From NCBI RefSeq assembly GCF_038096175.1, contig NZ_CP151099.1:4567484-4631483 (forward strand): DNA of 64,000 nt, written 5' to 3'. The notes beneath the pieces were generated by a model. The model was given only the letters and a program-made list of their open reading frames with translations. It had not been told where the DNA came from and did not search any database. This document shows positions 60,793-64,000 of this stretch, piece by piece. Made by a program: the position numbers and the translations under genes. The DNA comes from Nostoc sp. UHCC 0302. GTDB taxonomy: Bacteria; Cyanobacteriota; Cyanobacteriia; Cyanobacteriales; Nostocaceae. Numbering within the stretch: the stretch's first letter is position 1; every line of letters begins with the position of its first letter.

Positions 60793-63700
60793 ATGGCAAT
60801 TTTACACGGTAATTGGTTACTAAAAAATCAAAACGAATGTTTATTTGTTTGGGGTGAAACTTGGCGATCGCTACGGGTGAATTCTGAGCCAATTGGCTCT
60901 GGAGATATACCACTGCATCCATTGGCAATGACACCAGTTGAATTGAGCGAGTGGTTGCTTTCAAAGAACATGAAAATTGCCAATTTCATCCAGCAGCCTC
61001 AAGTTGCTTTAGCTAGTACTGGACGCACACGCAAAGCTACAAAAACTAATGAAATAAGTTTACCTACTCACTCTCAAATAATTGCCCTGCCAACTCATAT
61101 CCCTGAAGCTACTGAGGAAGAAACAACATTAATCCCTGTACATTCTGCCAGCTTGGGGTTAGATATAGACTCTCCCCAATACCTTCAACCGTGGCGAGTT
61201 GAGGGTTTTTGTCTAAATCCCACCGCAGCAATCAAATTTCTTACTTCTATTCCCTTAAATGCCACTAATGGAGAAGACGCCTTTTTAGGAGGAGATTTAC
61301 GCTTTTGGTCGCAGATTGCCCGCTGGAGTTTGGATTTAATCTCCCGGAGTAAGTTTTTACCGACGATCCAACGGCAACCCAGCAACACATTTGTTGCTAA
61401 ATGGCAAGTACTTTTAGATAGTGCTATAGACGGAACTCGCCTGGAAAAATTTTCGGCGAAGATGCCATTAGTTTGTCGCACTTATCAGGGGCTGGAGACT
61501 GGGGAAGAATTTCCTCAATCCCCACTTTATCTGGATTTTCCAGTTGAACCTCAAAAATTACTATTGGGTTTTCTCAACAGTACAATAGATACCCAAGTGC
61601 GACAGATGGTAGGTTCGCAATCCCCAATTGAAGCAAAGGTGATGGTGTCTTTACCAACTGCGGTAAAGCAATGGTTACAAGGCTTAATAAATAGTACATC
61701 TCATACAGCAAATGCCGATGTAATTGGAGTTGAACGGCTAGAAGCGGCATTAAAAGCTTGGACTATGCCGCTACAATACCAACTGACTTTAAAAACTCTA
61801 TTTCGTACCTGTTTTCAACTGCGTTCTCCAGAGTCTGGCGAAACAGATTGGACATTAGCGTATTTCTTGCAAGCGGCTGACAATCCAGAGTTTTTAGTGG
61901 ATGCGGCAACTATCTGGAATAACCCAGTTGAGCAATTGGTTTATGAAAATCGTCCTATTGACCAACCACAAGAAACATTTTTACGGGGTTTAGGATTAGC
62001 TTCCCGATTATATCCAGCGATCGCACCCAGTTTTGAAACCGAATATCCCCAATCTTGTCGTCTCACACCCATCCAAGCTTATGAGTTTATCAAAGCTGTA
62101 GCTTGGAGATTGGAAGACAGTGGTTTAGGAGTAATTTTGCCTCCTAGTTTGACGAATCGCGAGGGATGGGCAAACCGTTTGGGTTTAAAAATTACCGCCG
62201 AAACCCCAAATAAAAAGCAGGGACGCTTGGGATTACAAAGTCTGCTGAATTTTCAATGGCAATTAGCAATTGGTGGACAGACTATTTCTAAAACTGAGTT
62301 TAATAAACTTGTGGCTTTAAATAGCCCGTTAGTAGAAATTAACGGAGAGTGGGTGGAGTTGCGTCCCCAAGATATCAAGACAGCCCAAACTTTCTTTACC
62401 ACTCGCAAAGACCAAATGGCGCTTTCTTTGGAAGATGCTTTGCGCCTTGGCACAGGCGACACCCAGGTGATTGAAAAATTACCAGTAGTCAGCTTTGAAG
62501 CATCTGGGGCATTACAAGAATTGATTGGGGCGTTAACAAATAATCAGGCGATCGCACCTTTACCCACACCAAAAGGTTTTCAAGGACAGTTACGCCCTTA
62601 TCAAGAACGAGGCGCTGCTTGGCTGGCATTTTTAGAACGTTGGGGCTTGGGTGCTTGTCTGGCCGACGATATGGGCTTAGGAAAAACGATCCAGTTTATT
62701 GCTTTTCTTTTACACCTAAAAGAACAAGATGCATTAGAAAATCCAACTCTACTTGTGTGTCCAACTTCTGTTTTAGGAAACTGGGAAAGAGAAGTCAAAA
62801 AATTTGCGCCAACACTCAAAGTTTTACAGTATCACGGAGACAAACGCTCCAAAGGCAAAGCATTTATAGAAGCCGCGAAAAAGCATGATTTAGTTATCAC
62901 TAGTTACTCACTAGTTCATCGAGATATTAAGTCGTTAGAAAGTATTTCTTGGCAAACAATTGTTTTAGATGAAGCCCAAAATGTCAAAAATCCAGAGGCG
63001 AAGCAGTCAAAAGCTGTGCGGCAATTAGAAGCTACGTTTCGGATTGCATTGACGGGAACACCAGTAGAAAACAGACTGCAAGAACTCTGGTCAATTTTAG
63101 ATTTTCTCAATCCAGGGTATTTGGGAAATCGGCAATTTTTTCAGCGGCGGTTTGCGATGCCAATCGAAAAGTATGGTGATGCCGCTTCTTTAAGTCAGTT
63201 ACGTTCATTAGTTCAACCATTTATTCTGCGGCGTTTGAAAAGCGATCGCCAAATTATTCAAGACTTGCCAGATAAGCAAGAAATGACAGTATTTTGCGGT
63301 TTGACTGCTGAACAAGCTGCACTTTATCAACAGGTTGTAGAAGTATCTTTAGCAGAGATTGAATCTGCCGAAGGACTACAACGCCGGGGCATGATTTTAG
63401 CTTTGTTAATCAAACTTAAACAAATCTGCAATCACCCAGCACAATATCTAAAACAAGCGGCACTCGAACAACAGCATTCTGCAAAACTACTGCGGCTAGA
63501 AGAAATGTTAGAAGAAGTTTTAGCAGAAGGCGATCGCGCTTTAATATTCACTCAATTTGCTGAGTGGGGTAAGTTACTTAAACCTTATCTAGAAAAACAG
63601 CTAGGTCGAGAAATCTTCTTTTTATATGGTAGCAGCAGTAAAAAACAACGAGAGGAAATGATTGACCGTTTCCAACACGATCCCCAAGGGCCACCAATTA

Positions 63701-64000
63701 TGATTCTTTCTCTGAAAGCAGGTGGCGTAGGGCTGAATTTAACACGAGCAAATCATGTATTCCACTTTGACAGATGGTGGAATCCAGCTGTAGAAAATCA
63801 AGCTACAGATAGAGTATTTCGCATTGGTCAAACTCGGAATGTCCAAGTGCATAAGTTTGTCTGCACTGGTACTTTAGAAGAAAAAATTCATGACATGATT
63901 GAAAGTAAGAAACAACTAGCTGAACAAGTTGTAGGTGCAGGTGAAGAGTGGTTAACTGAAATGGATACAGACCAACTCCGCAACTTACTACTACTTGATC
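60793..64000 (+). CDS. SNF2/RAD54-family DEAD/DEAH helicase with ~500-aa N-terminal domain of unknown function, 3'-truncated at the window end
   Basis: Continuous open frame from ATG 60793 to the window end; it is absent from the ORF track only because no stop falls inside the window. Helicase motifs: LRPYQERGAAWLAFL...ADDMGLGKTIQ (I), VLDEAQNVKN (II), LTGTPVENRL, and a C-terminal HELICc (LSLKAGGVGLNLTRANHVFHFDRWWNPAVENQATDRVFRIGQ). Confidence 0.9.
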   Translation, partial: MAILHGNWLLKNQNECLFVWGETWRSLRVNSEPIGSGDIPLHPLAMTPVELSEWLLSKNMKIANFIQQPQVALASTGRTRKATKTNEISLPTHSQIIALPTHIPEATEEETTLIPVHSASLGLDIDSPQYLQPWRVEGFCLNPTAAIKFLTSIPLNATNGEDAFLGGDLRFWSQIARWSLDLISRSKFLPTIQRQPSNTFVAKWQVLLDSAIDGTRLEKFSAKMPLVCRTYQGLETGEEFPQSPLYLDFPVEPQKLLLGFLNSTIDTQVRQMVGSQSPIEAKVMVSLPTAVKQWLQGLINSTSHTANADVIGVERLEAALKAWTMPLQYQLTLKTLFRTCFQLRSPESGETDWTLAYFLQAADNPEFLVDAATIWNNPVEQLVYENRPIDQPQETFLRGLGLASRLYPAIAPSFETEYPQSCRLTPIQAYEFIKAVAWRLEDSGLGVILPPSLTNREGWANRLGLKITAETPNKKQGRLGLQSLLNFQWQLAIGGQTISKTEFNKLVALNSPLVEINGEWVELRPQDIKTAQTFFTTRKDQMALSLEDALRLGTGDTQVIEKLPVVSFEASGALQELIGALTNNQAIAPLPTPKGFQGQLRPYQERGAAWLAFLERWGLGACLADDMGLGKTIQFIAFLLHLKEQDALENPTLLVCPTSVLGNWEREVKKFAPTLKVLQYHGDKRSKGKAFIEAAKKHDLVITSYSLVHRDIKSLESISWQTIVLDEAQNVKNPEAKQSKAVRQLEATFRIALTGTPVENRLQELWSILDFLNPGYLGNRQFFQRRFAMPIEKYGDAASLSQLRSLVQPFILRRLKSDRQIIQDLPDKQEMTVFCGLTAEQAALYQQVVEVSLAEIESAEGLQRRGMILALLIKLKQICNHPAQYLKQAALEQQHSAKLLRLEEMLEEVLAEGDRALIFTQFAEWGKLLKPYLEKQLGREIFFLYGSSSKKQREEMIDRFQHDPQGPPIMILSLKAGGVGLNLTRANHVFHFDRWWNPAVENQATDRVFRIGQTRNVQVHKFVCTGTLEEKIHDMIESKKQLAEQVVGAGEEWLTEMDTDQLRNLLLLD

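Overview
The window reads as a 64-kb chromosomal segment of a filamentous heterocyst-type cyanobacterium (Nostoc/Anabaena-like). The sequence shows frequent HIP1 octamers (GCGATCGC), many heptanucleotide STRR arrays, and an NtcA protein matching the Nostocales sequence as I recall it. No HMM or database search could be run, so all domain and family calls below are from motif memory.

Most of the window is housekeeping genes. Recognised genes are nagZ (5' partial), mutL, a rhodanese gene, an adenosine-deaminase family gene next to purA, rplY (L25/Ctc), ftrV, a PP2C phosphatase, an NfeD-stomatin pair, a Fur-family regulator, and purS-purQ. Further on come minCDE, a flotillin-like SPFH gene, the ATP synthase beta and epsilon genes, tpiA, folP, a third SPFH paralog, a DUF1400 hydrolase, a Wza-like polysaccharide exporter beside an ABC ATPase, hisB, fabI, ntcA with its DUF3084 neighbour, pnp, a GNAT gene and a 3'-truncated SNF2 helicase.

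An accessory stretch of about 9 kb (roughly 17.9-26.5 kb) carries a MITE, a very low-GC 641-aa gene whose N terminus looks like an HsdR_N-type PD-(D/E)xK nuclease domain, an Uma2-family endonuclease, a pentapeptide-repeat protein, a full-length orange carotenoid protein with no adjacent FRP, and a nested IS630 / IS982-like insertion with frameshifted transposases.

A second AT-rich orphan island (39.8-41.1 kb) holds a 48-codon ORF with a strong SD whose product matches the lasso-peptide leader motif YxxPxLxxxGxxxxxTx, followed by a Gly1...Asp9 core. No lasso B/C enzymes are visible nearby.

Repeats are abundant: a palindromic SDR family (one copy sits in-frame inside mutL), a ~150-bp MITE family with acgtgagttcga terminal inverted repeats (one copy nested with a second MITE carrying a 21-bp x ~10 tandem array), several short modular dispersed repeat families, and a degenerate IS200-like element. 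No rRNA, tRNA or CRISPR array was found.
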